Assembly (NCBI RefSeq): GCF_009914755.1
Contig: NC_060941.1
From: the human T2T-CHM13v2.0 reference genome, Homo sapiens
Length of the DNA: 64,000 nucleotides
Direction: 5' to 3' (one strand)
Part shown: one piece after another, positions 22,079 to 50,462 of the stretch
How positions within the stretch are numbered: the first letter of the stretch is position 1
Layout of the letters: every line of letters starts with the position of its first letter
Notes under the pieces: model-generated
What the model was told of the DNA's origin: nothing
The model's input: only the letters and a program-made list of their open reading frames with translations
The model's database searches: none
Position numbers and translations under genes: made by a program

Positions 22079-23880
22079 TTACTGGGTGGGGAATGTCAGA
22101 ACTGACACACCCAAAAAAGAATTAGAAGAATTAGCCTTGACTCTGGGGCCAGTCAGACCTGGGTTCAAATCCTGGCCCTGACACTTCTAAGCATGTGTCC
22201 TGGGGAAGTCATTTAACTTCCTTGAGCCTTAGTTTCATCACCTGTGAAATGGGCTAAGCACTTGTTCTAACAGGATTACTGTGAGGAGTAAGCAAAATAA
22301 TGGATTATTTATGAGTTTTTTGTTTTGTTTTGTTTTTACAGACCTGCTTTATTCTTAAACTTATTTCGGCAGTTGAGATAATATATGTAAAGTGTCTGGC
22401 ACATAGTAACGGTTCAATAAAGCATCCGTTCCCTTCCCCTACCCTTCCATCAGAGTGGTCATCTTTGAACCCAAGTCCCCCATTGCAAAGCACTGCCATT
22501 ACTTGAAACAATTCTGGAACTTCCTCGTGAGAAAACTGGCTCAGTTGGTTAGGGTGCCATCGCGTTTTGAATCTCAAAAAAAAAAAAAATTCCGATAACA
22601 AAAACAAATCACATTCTGCAAATTGCTCAGCCCCTGTATTCACAACACACAGCTTCAAATTACTTTTGGCCTTTTCCAAAAAATCAAACCCACCCTCAAA
22701 GGTCAAGGATTCACCACTGCCAAGGCTATTAAGAGGAAAATGCTGTGAAATCTGAAGCAATTTCCCAAGAAGAACTCATCAAGTTTTAAGCAAGCACAGC
22801 AGAACTGGTAGAAAAACAAAGCCCCCCAGTCCCCACCCCCGGCTACGCTGAACCACCCCGTTCCTCAGGACACGTGCACTCGAACCTCGCCGCTCCGGGT
22901 CCCAATCTGTGGATTGCTTTCCCCAGTCTCTGGAGTAAGATCTCATTTTGCTGCCTCTGAGAAGAGTGTGCCCAGGTGGAATTCACAGGCGCTGGGAGCT
23001 TGAGGGGGAAGTGATGGGCAAGAGCTGGGGAGGACAAAGCGGCTTTCACTCCATCCCTTATGGGGATAGTGAGGAGGGAGTCCAGGGACAGGGGGCCAGC
23101 AACTAGATGCCTTGGGGGCACAGCCATGTCTCCCCTGTGCTGAGCCCACCGTGTTACAGAGGACCTACCAGCTCTCCCAGCCAGGGACACACTTGGTCCC
23201 TCCTCGGGCAAAAGCAGGGCGAGTACTGCCCAAGTCCTGAATATCCTCGGCCTCATCCCCTGATATTCTCAATTCTCAGGTCAGAAAATGCCAAGGGGCC
23301 TGCTCCATCCCCTTCCCACCAGCTTGCGAGCTTATCAAACCCACAATTTGGGAGAAGGTCCTGCCACTACCTAACTTCACAGAAGGCAGAGGACAATGAG
23401 TCTGAGTGAAGATGCTGGAGTCAGCCAGGCCTGGATTCCAATCCCAGCTCCGCCACTGACAGGCCCGGTGACCTCGGTCAACACAAGCAGGCTCTGCTGC
23501 CTCCCACCTCCAAGCCTCAGTTTCCTTCTCTAGGAAAGGGGATAATACACGCTTGCGTTGGGGGAAAGGTGGTTAAAAAGGAGGCTTATAAAGATTAAAT
23601 GACGGCCAGGTGCAGTGGCTCATACCTGCATATAATCCCAGTACTTTGGGAAGCCGAGGTGGGAGGACTGCTTGAAGCCAGGAGTTCAAGACCAACCTGG
23701 CCAACATAGTAAGACCCCATCTCTAAAAAAAAAAAAAAATCATGAAATGAGATGACAGAGGCTGTCAACAGATGGCCAGAAATACTCCCAAGGCCCTGTG
23801 TCTGGAGCATGTGGTTCCCCTGTGCTTACAGGGGCCCTGGGACCATGCTCAGAGCCCACAGTGATGGAATGAGCCTCTCA

Positions 23881-24183
<303 letters not shown>

Positions 24184-25839
24184 CTACAGCCTGGGTGACA
24201 AGAGTGAAACTCTGTCTCAAAAAAAAAAAAAAAAAAAAGATAGGCATGGCAGGGGAACCTCTACAGCCAGGAGGGCCTAAGCTTGGCTCTGGAAAGACCT
24301 TTGTCCTTTGCTCACTCTCCTCGTCCTTACAGGCTCATACCCCAGATGAGGGAGCTGACTCTCACTGTCGCCGGAAGTCCCACCTGCCAGAAGGCGTAGA
24401 ACAACATGGTTCTGCCTGGCACTGCGTGCTGAAGAAATACCCCTGGATCATTATCATCCCCCTCAGATGGCTCGCTGCAAGATCTACCATCAAAGGTAAA
24501 CAAGTCCTTATCTTCTTGCTAATTGGTTCGAATCGATTGACTTTATAAGTGGGTCTAATGTGCAACTGGTGAGAGATGGCCTATGTGCCGAGCAACCCAT
24601 GCACTTAACTAGCTGTCGCTCAAGCACGGAACAAGGCATATTAACCCAAATTTCTCAGACCGCCTTCTCCTGAGAGGCTGCAGAGCCAGCGTCTCCCCTG
24701 TTGGGCTCATATTTGCTGGGTCAACAGGCCCGCTTAGAGGCACCTGGATGCTGTTAGGCGGGTGGCGATAACACTGGTGTAGGTTCCTTGGCGAGGTGAG
24801 GGCGTGCTGAGCCTGTGACAAGCATCCCTGGGCCCTGCCCTGCCCTGGCTCAGGCTGCCTGGCAGGAGAAGGGACTGAATCCCAAGTGTTGGCAGGGGAG
24901 GAGCAGGAAGGCAATTTTCCCGGTACTCTCATCATCTGCCTTCCATGTGCCTTTTGATGTGTTTCCTTACTCGGCTTTCTCCCAGGAAAGCTTGAATCTG
25001 TCTCATTGAACCCATCTCTGAGGCCAGGTCACTGCTGCTTTCCAGGTGAGAGCTGATGTTCAGTCTTTTATCACTGCCAGTGTCTGAAATAGTCCAGAAA
25101 CTGGTAAAGACAACAGACACCAGGAGATGACCTAAAAATCTTGGGCAGAGTACGGGTGAACAGCAGCTCTCCCCACCTCCCCTCCCCCCCGGCCCAAGGT
25201 CCCCCTGCAGAGGGCTGGCTGCTGCCCTCCCCCTGAGAAGCGGCCAGCTACCCCCAACTTTTTTCTGCTCTATTAATAAACCTCAGCTGAGATCCTTGTG
25301 ACCCCCCTCTTCCGGATGTGATCCTCGCTGCCTTGCCTTATCAGCCTTGCTTTTCACAAGCTCTTAAATTCATGAGAAAAGGGAAAAAGTGAAATCAGAT
25401 AGAAATGCAGGTCTGTTTGCTGTTTTCTCCAATGAAATGGTTCTGGGTAAACAGCAGACGCCTTTGATGAAATCCCAGCAGGCTTAAACAATAAAGCTGG
25501 TTACAAACTCAATCTGGCGGAGATATCAGATCTGAAATTGTTTCAAAAAACATGTCAACATTTTCTAATGCTCCTAAAAAAAACCTTCCTGGGCTGCCCA
25601 CTGTGGAGTCTGGGTCTCGGAGACAGGACGGGGGCCACCCCAGCCTCTGCCCAGGCCAGCTGGGACTCTGTGCACAAAGAACCCAGGAGCAGGCTATTCC
25701 TGGTTGCTGGGGGCCCTGCCAGCTGCAGATGTGTAAATGGCCACTTCAGTCATAACCCAAGCCAGGCAGGGGACCAGCCTCCCTTGTGTACACCACTGCA
25801 CCATCCCCCGCAACCAACCTGGCCTCCCCGCCTTCCCCC

Positions 25840-26370
25840 TTAACTATCTTCCATTCTCCACACTGCAGCCAGCAGAGGCTTTTAAAAATGTAAATCAGAT
25901 CATGTCATTCCTTTGCTTAAAACCTCTAATGCATTCACACTGCACTTAGAACAAAATCCAAACTCCTCCGTGGCCCACGAGACCTTCAGGGATCTGCCGC
26001 TCACTACCTGCTTCTTCACTCACGACAATCAACCTCACTGGCCTTCCTCGCAAATTATTTCCTGCCTCTGGGCCTTTGCACTTCCTACAGACTTTGTCTG
26101 GGATGCTTTTTCCCCAACCCATCGTCCTCAGCCAGCTCCAGGACCAGCCCAGCTGATGTGGCTCCTCTCCCGGCCAAGTACAATATCACATTAACAGTTT
26201 TATTCTCTACACTGAGTCCAACCACGATCTGAAATCATCGCATGTGTTTACTTATTAACTGTCGCTCTCTGGAATGCGATCCCTCTGCAGGTCTGAACTT
26301 GTCTGTCTGGTAGTCGACAAGTATGACTGGCCCATAGTAGGTGCTCAATCATAAACCACTGCATGAATGA
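25840..26370 (+). mobile_element. L2 relic
   Basis: ccacactgcagccag...aaatgtaaatcagatcatgtcattcc...tagtaggtgctcaat...atgaatga. Confidence 0.7.
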
Positions 26371-26549
26371 GCAGTGAGGATGTCACCGTCCCCTCTAGGT
26401 ATTCCCCAGGCAATGCCCAGGAAATCGGGAGCACCACCAGCACACTAAGGTATCCTACTCCAAGGTACAGGAACACCTCGCCAGCCTCCCTCTAGGGCAC
26501 CCCTAGCTGCCCCTGCCCCACCCAGGCCTCATCCAAGCCCCTGCTGGCT

Positions 26550-27720
26550 TTAAACCACTAGGACTCGGAGGTCAGGCCTGAGCCGGGGCTGGGAGGTCCC
26601 CGCCCCCTTCACAGCCCTCCTACTCGGGCCTGCATCCCCGCAGACCCCCGACCCCAGCTGACGCCCTCTGAGAAGGGAGGTGACAAGGGCAGGCCGGCAG
26701 GGGCCGGCGCGCTCCTCGCAGGCCTTCTGGGGAAAGCGTGGGCGCAGGTGCCTTCGGTTGGGCTCCTGGGTCTGGGGCCTGGGGGCGGGCAGCGATGTCC
26801 CCCTCAGGGTGCCGGGCGCCCCACCCCCACCCCCGCCTCCGCCCCAGGCCGCGATCGATCCCGGCCTCTCCCGGCCTCATTACCGAGGGAGAGCTGCCGG
26901 GGCTGGCAGGGGAGCCAGACGGCGGCGGAGGGGGCGGGGAGGCCTCCTTGGCTCCCTGGCCCGGATTAAATATTTACTATGTTTTGTTTGGCCTTTGGGG
27001 GAGGGGCGGGGAGGGCTGTCGCATTGATCCGGAGCTGCAGGGCGAGGGCGGTGCCCAGACCCGGCGCCCCAAGGCCTCCCGCAGGCCGACCCGAGCCGAG
27101 CGCGCCCTTTGGGCACCGGCCCCGCCCGGGAGGGTCTTCTCGCTCTAGAGCCGGGGGCCCGCGCTGAGAGATCGGGGTTACCGCGCGGGGAGCCGCGGCC
27201 GCGCTGGGATCCGTTCCCTCTCGCGGGAGCCGCCGGCCGGGGATCTGCGCACCCCACGCGCCCCGCTCGGGTCGGGCCTCCCCTCCCCGCGGCTGCCCCC
27301 GGGCCGGCCACCGCTGCCCAGCGCGCAGGTCCCTGCCGGATCCCCGGCGGCTTTCCTGCCCCCACTTTACAGACGTGAACGCTGAGGCGGAGGGTGGGGG
27401 ACGTGGGGCCGGCTCGCCTCCTCCTGGGCTCGCCGGGATGTGGCCTCCGAGGTCGCCGCGGCGCTTTCCTGCCCAAGCTGGCGCTGCCGGAGCGCCCGGG
27501 CCCCGCTCCCCTCACGGGCCTCGCAGCACAGACGGGGACAGGGGCGGCCTCGCGCGCACGGGGACCCCGGGGTGGGGGTGGGGGTGGGGCTCTGCGAGGG
27601 CCCTAAAAACGCTGGGGACGCGGGTTTGACGCACTTTCCCGGCAGCCGAAGAAGACCCCGGAGCCCCTTTATTCTCTACGCGCTCATCCCACGCGCAGAA
27701 CAGACACAGGCCCTGCCCTC
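26550..27720. promoter_or_regulatory. Intragenic CpG island 2
   Basis: Very CpG-rich, non-repetitive, several GC boxes, with an AT-rich core at 26963-26990. Confidence 0.85.
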
Positions 27721-27886
27721 ACCGAGGGTTCCAGTCGGCTGTGCACAACTGAAGAGCTGCTCCCCCTTCCCTGCACGATGCCATCCTCTCACACACAGGG
27801 CGGGGACCACTCCACAGCCCCTTACAGCGATGTTCACTCGCCCCAGAGAGCTGCTCACGCCAGTCTACACCAGACACATGCGCGAT

Positions 27887-28558
<672 letters not shown>

Positions 28559-28603
28559 CTATTTAAAGAGAGGCATTGCTGGAAAAGGAACAAAAGCAAA
28601 GCT

Positions 28604-28617
28604 GGCTATAAATAGCC
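28604..28617. promoter_or_regulatory. MEF2 consensus site GGCTATAAATAGCC
   Basis: Exact CTA(W)4TAG at 28606-28615. Motif only. Confidence 0.55.
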
Positions 28618-29139
28618 ACCTCCCTCCCGGCTTTTCCTGCCCTCCGGCCTCACGGCCTTGCCTCTTCTCGCCTCTCCTCTCCTGTCTAGGGCCCAGAGCA
28701 GCTGGGGCAGGCCTGTCCCCAGGGGGGCAGGCAGTGGGGCCCTGGAGGCCAGGTGGCCAAGTGCTGACCACTGGGCAGGCCAGGGTCCCTGGGCCTGGAT
28801 GGGTGCAGGGGCACAGGCCGGCCATCTGCAGCCAGCCCTGTGTGCATGTACCCAGCACAGAGGGAGGGAAGCCTGCCTGGGCCAGGGCTGCTGCCTCAGC
28901 AGAACTGCAAAGGCTGACAGCTGTGTCAGGGAGAAGGCGTGTCTGCCAAGTAGCAGCCACCGCTGCCCCAGGTGTCCCTACCCAGCCCGGCCAGGCCTTT
29001 CCTAGTTTGCTTCCTGGGTTGGCTCCTGGAGCCCAGAGCCAAGGATATTGGGTGCCTTGTTAGGAAGCAGGATGGGGCAGAGGAAGGAATGTCAGGACGG
29101 GAGGCAGGGAAGGGACACAAAGTCCTACTTTGGGTTCCA

Positions 29140-41062
<11,923 letters not shown>

Positions 41063-41270
41063 TTAGTGGGGTCCTGATAGGAAAGAGCATTTTCAGATTG
41101 AGTAATTTGATGAATAAAGAAGAAGAGAGAAGTGAGGGGGACAGGGAAGCCCTAAGAGATAATGTCATAACCACCCCCAACACATACAGACCCCCAGGGC
41201 TAAGTGAGGGGGAGCTCTTACTGAACTCACAGGTAGAAAGAGCTGCCAGGAGGGCTAGTGGCAGGGGCTG

Positions 41271-42050
41271 TGTAGCAGATACTGCGAGGGCCTGCCCACA
41301 GCCCTGGCTTTGACCATTTCGGCACACCAGCCTGACTTCCAGCTGCAAAGACTTGCATTTCTTTGCCTCAGGGCTTTCTCTAGCAGCGGAGCTGGCTTTG
41401 CTCACCTACAGAGCAGGCCAACTGTGCTGGGAATGAATACCACCACAGGAACAAGACTCAGCCAGTGACCGGTGGGTGCTGGAACATAAATACCCCTGCT
41501 CCCTCACCCTGGAACATAAATACCCCAGCTCCCTCACCCTGGAACATAAATACCCCAGCTCCCTCACCCTGGAACATAAATACCCCAGCTCTCTCACCCT
41601 GGAACATAAATACCCCAGCTGTCTCACCCTGGAACATAAATACGCCAGCTCCCTCACCCTGGAACATAAATACCCCAGCTCCCTCACCCTGGAACATAAA
41701 TACCCCAGCTCCCTCACCCTGGAACATAAATACCCCAGCTCCCTCACCCTGGAACATAAATACCCCAGCTCCCTCACCCTGGAACATAAATACCCCAGCT
41801 CTCTCACCCTTGGGGTTTGATAGCTTTGAGGTGCGGGTTCTAGACTGCATCCCAAAGCTGTGCAGCAGGGTTAAGCTCTGGTACCCACAGTGGTAATTAC
41901 TTGACCCAGTGAGTCCCTGACTGGCTTCTCCCCTACTCTGTTTCAACCTCTCACTCAGTTCCTGGCATTTCCTTGGATCATTTCCCAAATAAACTACTTG
42001 CTTGAATTTTTGAAACTCAGGCTGTGCTTCTGGGAAAATCTTTCAGTAAC
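41271..42050 (+). mobile_element. ERVL solo LTR, LTR16C-like, containing an internal tandem repeat
   Basis: TG start, ataaataccccagct, cccacagtggtaa, and tcccaaataaactacttgc...ctcagg...gcttctggg (AATAAA 41988-41993) match the recalled LTR16C consensus. Confidence 0.75.
41481..41810. repeat. Minisatellite, 30 bp x 11: GGAACATAAATACCCCAGCTCCCTCACCCT
   Basis: Eleven head-to-tail units with no spacers; 1-2 nt variants in units 1, 4, 5, 6 and 11. Confidence 0.98.
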
Positions 42051-42129
42051 CTTTTGGGAGGGACACCCAGTGCCCATGGGGACTCACCCTTGGCCAACCC
42101 AGCTGGAAGTGGGAGGGTGTGGAAGCCCA

Positions 42130-43680
<1,551 letters not shown>

Positions 43681-44020
43681 CAACCCCTTCCTTGATCCGG
43701 GCAGAGAGAGCCGAGCGGCCGCAAGGGGTCCGAAAGGAGGGGATGCAACACCCCATCAGCCGCAGGTGACAGAACTCAAACCCCTCGCCCTGTGGACAGC
43801 GGACAGTCCTCCTTGTTAACAGGCAACGCTCAGCACACCCAGTGGCTTCCTATATCCTGCTAGGAGGGACCACAGGGGACTCCAGAGCCTCCAAGCTGGA
43901 GGGGCGGCCAGGGTGGCACCGAGGCCAAGGGAGGAAGCCCTTCCCCCTGGGTCTGGCTCTGATCATGGCCCCCCTGCCCTGGGCTCTGACATTAGGTACC
44001 ATTTGAAGAAACTCCTGCTA

Positions 44021-44368
<348 letters not shown>

Positions 44369-45620
44369 TCATATTACAGATGGGTAAACTGAGGCCCAGA
44401 GATGAGGAGACATGTCTGGGGTTCTACTGAGTCCGCCCCAGAGCTGACCGAACACAGCCCCAGGGTGCCAGCTCCGTTGGTCTTTCCACAGCCCCACAGT
44501 TCCTGGAAAGGAAAGGGCCGTGACAAGGGCAAAGCCAGGGTTGCATACAGGGCTGCGGTGAGAGACGGAGTCTGGCAGCGTGTGATGAGAGACAGAGAGA
44601 CGCAGCGTGTGGCATGCGGCACATGCCAGCGACAGGCGGCAGCAGGCGGGCAGGCGGGAGGCCGGGCTGCAGCGCCAGAGCATAGCCATTGTCCCCAGCG
44701 TCCGGCCTGCCCAGGTGCCCCTCACTGGCCATCAAGTGACCTCCCTCGGCCCTGCCTCCCCTGAGGCTGGCCAGCTGTAGACCCCAGGCCCACCTCCACA
44801 CGTGCTCCTTCCTTCTCCCAGCTTGCTCAGACAAGCCCATGAATAGAACATTAAAGGCAAAACCTTCTAAAAGGAAAAGCAGCTCCCTGGTAGGAGTCAC
44901 CCCACTAAATGTCAAATGCAGAGCAAGGCTTCTTGCCTTGTGCGCTTCTCACTCATGGAGTCACCTTAGCCTCCATATCCCCATCATCCTATCGCCGTAT
45001 AAATAAATCATGGTCAGAAGAATGCCAATTTCCCCCCAGGGCCTCATGAATCTCTCAACATAAGCATATGTAAAGGCCCCCTTCACTGCGTGCTGGTCCT
45101 GGTGCCCAGAAAGAGATAGCAAATCCTGTGGGGATGATTTTGGAGGCAGAAGCAAACTTTCTACCACCTCAGTGGGCTGAAAGTTGGGAGCCCAGCTTTT
45201 GTCCTGATTTGGGAAAGACCCTTGCTCACGTAGTTGTCACCATGATGCCACTACCCTCTGGAATCAACTCAGTGAGCTGCCAAGTGGCCCATCGCTGGGG
45301 GCTGCAGTGGTCTGTCCCCTGGCAGACATGTCACGAGTCGTGCCCACCCACCCCCTGTGAGGGCGAGCCACACACCCACTCAGCAAGTGTTGTTCCTGAC
45401 ATGTGGCACACACAGCGCTGGCCTGCCCACTCCTGGGAGCCCCTGCCCCCACTGACTGGCTCACCATCGTGCCACGGCACCGAGCCCTGCCAGTGGACCA
45501 ATGGTGTGGGTGCCAGCAGAGGCTCTGGTGCACTAGGGTGTCCTGCTCTGCAACAGTGACCTCTGCCACACACACTACAGGGAGCCTGTTGCATGCTTTG
45601 CCAGGTGTGTTTCTGTACAT

Positions 45621-45652
45621 ACACACACACACACACACACACGCACACACAC
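45621..45652. repeat. Interrupted (AC)n microsatellite
   Basis: Read directly. Confidence 0.9.
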
Positions 45653-48600
45653 TATGGTACCAACTCTTTTGCTGTGCCAGCACAGAGGTCTCCAGAGCGA
45701 CTCTCCTGAATCAGATAGCAGGGGCTGTTTGCAGTTTCGTTTCCACGCTTCGCTGACTGGTTAGACAGTGATCACAGGTTCGGAAGCACGAGCCTCACCA
45801 CAGCGGAGGAGGCCTCCACTCTGAAGCGGGATTCCACGCTCCTGCACCCTAAGATCAGCTAGACTCTCTGCCTTGTTTCATCTTCTTTCTTTTCCTAAAG
45901 AATCACGGGGAGAACTGACCTCTCTGGGACTCAACCGTGGCTGGAAGGGGACAGGAGAAGCCCTTTCTGGAGGACAGCTGAGCCCTGCAGCTGCCATCCT
46001 GCCTGGCAGGCTAGGGCTGGGCTGCGGGAAGGCCCCCCAGGAGGTAGGGAGCACTACAAGGCAAGAGGGGCAGGTATAGGTGGTGGAGCCAGTGTGTTCC
46101 GGGGCTGTGCTAGCAAGTCCATCAGGTCACCCTGGAGGGAAGCCAGGGAGAGCAAACCATGGGGAGGGCTGAGATCCCAAGCAGAGCACAGCCCCCCAAT
46201 AATCCATGGCCCTGGGCCCTCCTCAGGGGCGTGAAAGCAGGCAGGAGGGTTCCTGGCCCACTGTCCCATCTCTGTCCCCAAGGAAGAAACCAGGGCAGGA
46301 GACAGAGGTGAGGACTGTGTCTTCCAGACACCGGGGGAGAGGGAGTAGGAGAGGACATATGAGACAGCAGCTCAGGCCCCAGGAGTCCCAGATCCCAGCC
46401 AGAGAGGCTCCTGAGGAACCGCAGAGGGGAGTGCATAGGAACCACCAGCAAGCTCTGCGAGAAGCCAGAAATGAATCAGCAGCGCCCAGCGCCCCACAAA
46501 ACAAATGTCAGAGAAATCAAGACAGATGGGCACGTGAGACAGTGGAGCACAGAGGTCCAGAGGGCAAGGGAGACGGTGGGCTTGACAGACAGAGCGGGGG
46601 CTGCATCCTGACTCAGCAGTGCGCCGGCTGGGTGGCCCAGGGAAAGGGACTCCAGCTAGCTATGCCTCAGTTTCCTCATCTGACACGGAGGAATGAGCAC
46701 AGACGGATCCTGCAGGGTGGGGGTGGAGGTGGCATGAGATAAGGCGTGGAGCACACTCAGTGAGGCTGTAACAAGTGCTCAGTAAACACAAGCGGCTATT
46801 GGCAGCATGTGGACAGTGACGGGCAGGTGGGGAAGAGCAGGTTATTGCCTGCTGCCTGTTTCCAGCTAGCATCCATGTCTCCTCCCAGCAGGCTTGGCTG
46901 GGCATGCTCTGTGAAGCCCGAGGTGGCTGGGACTCATTCTAGTGATGGACACCAAGTCAGCGGGCTCCTCTCTCCAGTTCCTCGACATCCCTGGAGGCCC
47001 CTCTGCTCCTGCAGCCCTAGCCTTGGAGCTGATGGTTCCCTCAGTCTTCTCCAGGCCTTGGGGGGGGCCCTCACGCTAGGGTCCCTTCCCAACTCCTCTC
47101 TCTGTCTCATTTCTGCCCAGGGAGGTCCGGCCACTGCACCCCGAGGAAAGGGCTGCTTTCGGCACTCTGCGTGGAGGTCCTGGCTTCTGCCGTCCCTGGA
47201 GGCTCCGTTCCCGTTTCGCCAGCTATTTTGCTGCCTCGGCCATCTGTTCCCTCCCTGTCATCTCCTCTCTGCTTTAACCTTAACCACTACTTCACTGCAG
47301 ATGGTACCAGGCAGTTCTGCTCTCGACATCCTTCACGACGCCTGGCCCTCCTTCTCATCTCCAGCAAGTGAACCGCTCTGTCCTTTTTAAAGCCTCATCC
47401 CAAAGACACGGCCAGAGCTTGGAGTTGGATTCGCCCCACACAACTCCCCCTCTTTGATGCCATCTGCTTTCAACTCCACCACTGGCCAGGGGCAAACACC
47501 TACCCCTTCCCCTGCCTTTTCCTCCTGAGACTTCTTCTCAAACTCGGCCAAGAAGCTCTCCTGGCATGGACAGCGTGTCTGCTCCGGGTCTCTACCTGGT
47601 CTCCATCAACAGAGCCATGTAACCGCCCAGAGGGCTCCAGGTCCGCAAGCTGAGGCGGAGGCCAGAAACTCTGAAGTTCACTCCTACTGTGGAGGAACGA
47701 GGGCTCGTGCTGGGAGTTTGGGTCATGAACAGTTTCCCTGTAGAAAATGGACCTGAACACTCTGCAGTAAGGAATTGTTTCCCATGCTGGCATGGTGGGA
47801 ACCGAACCAAAACACATTTTCTATGTTGTCTGAGCTCACAGGGAACATCCCTCTGCTGTCCTTGCTGTTATTCTGGCATGCTGGTGAGAAAATGCATGCA
47901 TGGGCTTTACTTAGCAACTCGCTCTGCCTCTCCTCTCTGTCAGGGCGCTCCCCTAAAATCTCTCCTCTTGACGTCTTTTTTCTGGCATAAGGACCCGGAG
48001 CTTTGAGGAGCGCAGCAGCCCAGAAGCTCCTAAGGAGAGAAGCTGTTTTGGTGAGATTGGTTCCACCAGGCTACATGCCTTGACTGGGACAGAAATGGGC
48101 TGGGAAGGCCGAAATTTGACTTCTGCACCTGGATTTGGGCTAAAAAGTCTCACAGCTCAGCCTCCTTGATAAGGGTTCTTCTATCTCCCCTCTATACTTC
48201 CTCTGCAGCAGAAAAGAGTATCTTGGCCGTGCAGGGAACGCTCTTCTCTCACTCTCGCCACTGGGGTTAAGGGCAGCTACATTACTATAGCTCCAAGTCT
48301 TGGTTGCCCCCAGAGAGAGGCAGAGATGTAGCCTGCCCACATCTGGACACTTGAAGACTCTCCAAACACCTAGAGGAGCTGTGGATTCAAGTGAAGCAAC
48401 CATCTGATGCCACCACGGTCCCTCCTTCCCTTTGCCTTCCCTTCTTCCCACAAAAGAGAAGCCCAAATCCGCCACCAGACCAGCCCATCTGCCCGTGGAA
48501 ACCAAGGGAACCAAATGCATCGTACTGGGTTGCAGGCCTTAATCTAGCTCTCGCTGAATTATTCAGGGATGGCATTAACTTATAAATGAGTGTGTTTGAC

Positions 48601-49473
48601 TGATTTTGTGGTTGATGTACAGATAAAGTCTAATGAAAGACAGTTATAAGATTTTAAATTATTAATTAGACTGCCACTTAACAAAGCCTATTTGGCACTC
48701 TATTTTCTTGCTTAACAAGACAAAAACTTTAAGGAAAGGTTCTGTATTAGCCCAGAGGCTCTGGATTTGCATTCTGTTTTCATAGCTCTACACAGGAAAG
48801 CCACGGGTCCCGACCTTAAGTAGAGGCCACTTCTGGCAAAGCAAACCCCCCAGCGGGCCGCCCTTCCTTCCTGGATGTTGCCGGGTGGCTTGGGGCCTCG
48901 CTTGCCCTGCTGCCTCTCACCTCTTAACCAGAGGCTTGCTTTTAATATCCCTGGTTTTGCCGGCTAGGCCACGAGATGGAGAAGCAGGGAGGGCAGCTGC
49001 TGAAGCCTTCAGCTACCAGCACTGTCAGCAGCTTGGTCCCACTGGGGTTGTTCTAGTTCACAGAGGTGGGGCTGTGGCCAGTAGAGTCCTTTCATTAAGA
49101 GATGCAAGGCAGTCCCCCTCAGTCCTCCCAAAATGTCATGCCAGGGGACAGCTTTACTAGGACAACCAGGAATCAGAGAGATGATCCTTATGGCCCAAGG
49201 TGTGCTCCGCCTTCCTCCTCCTCTGGGGCTTCATACCACTGCACCCCTCACTGCATAGGGCACCCCATTATCAAGACCATGAGCCCTGCCCTTTGCAGAA
49301 AGATGAGGGGTTTTTTCTCTTCCCTCCTTCCCACAGGATCTAGGGAGGGCTACCCTTTCTTCATCTTTCAAACCCTTTTCAGAATCATAATTAAATTATT
49401 ACACTCCCTCAGGTCCAGGACCCCACATAGGGCTCTGCATATTATAGGCAAGAAAACAGCAAGAACTATTTAA

Positions 49474-50462
<989 letters not shown>

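Noticed and set aside
41481-41810. 30-bp repeat as a CRISPR array or repeat-protein gene (ORFs in four frames)
   Set aside because: There are no spacers and no cas genes, and the context is human. The ORFs exist only because the unit is a multiple of 3 and lacks stops in those frames.
47566-47577. REST/RE1 site (CATGGACAGCG; also GGACAGC near 43795)
   Set aside because: Only the right half-site is present, with no TCAGCACC at the canonical spacing.
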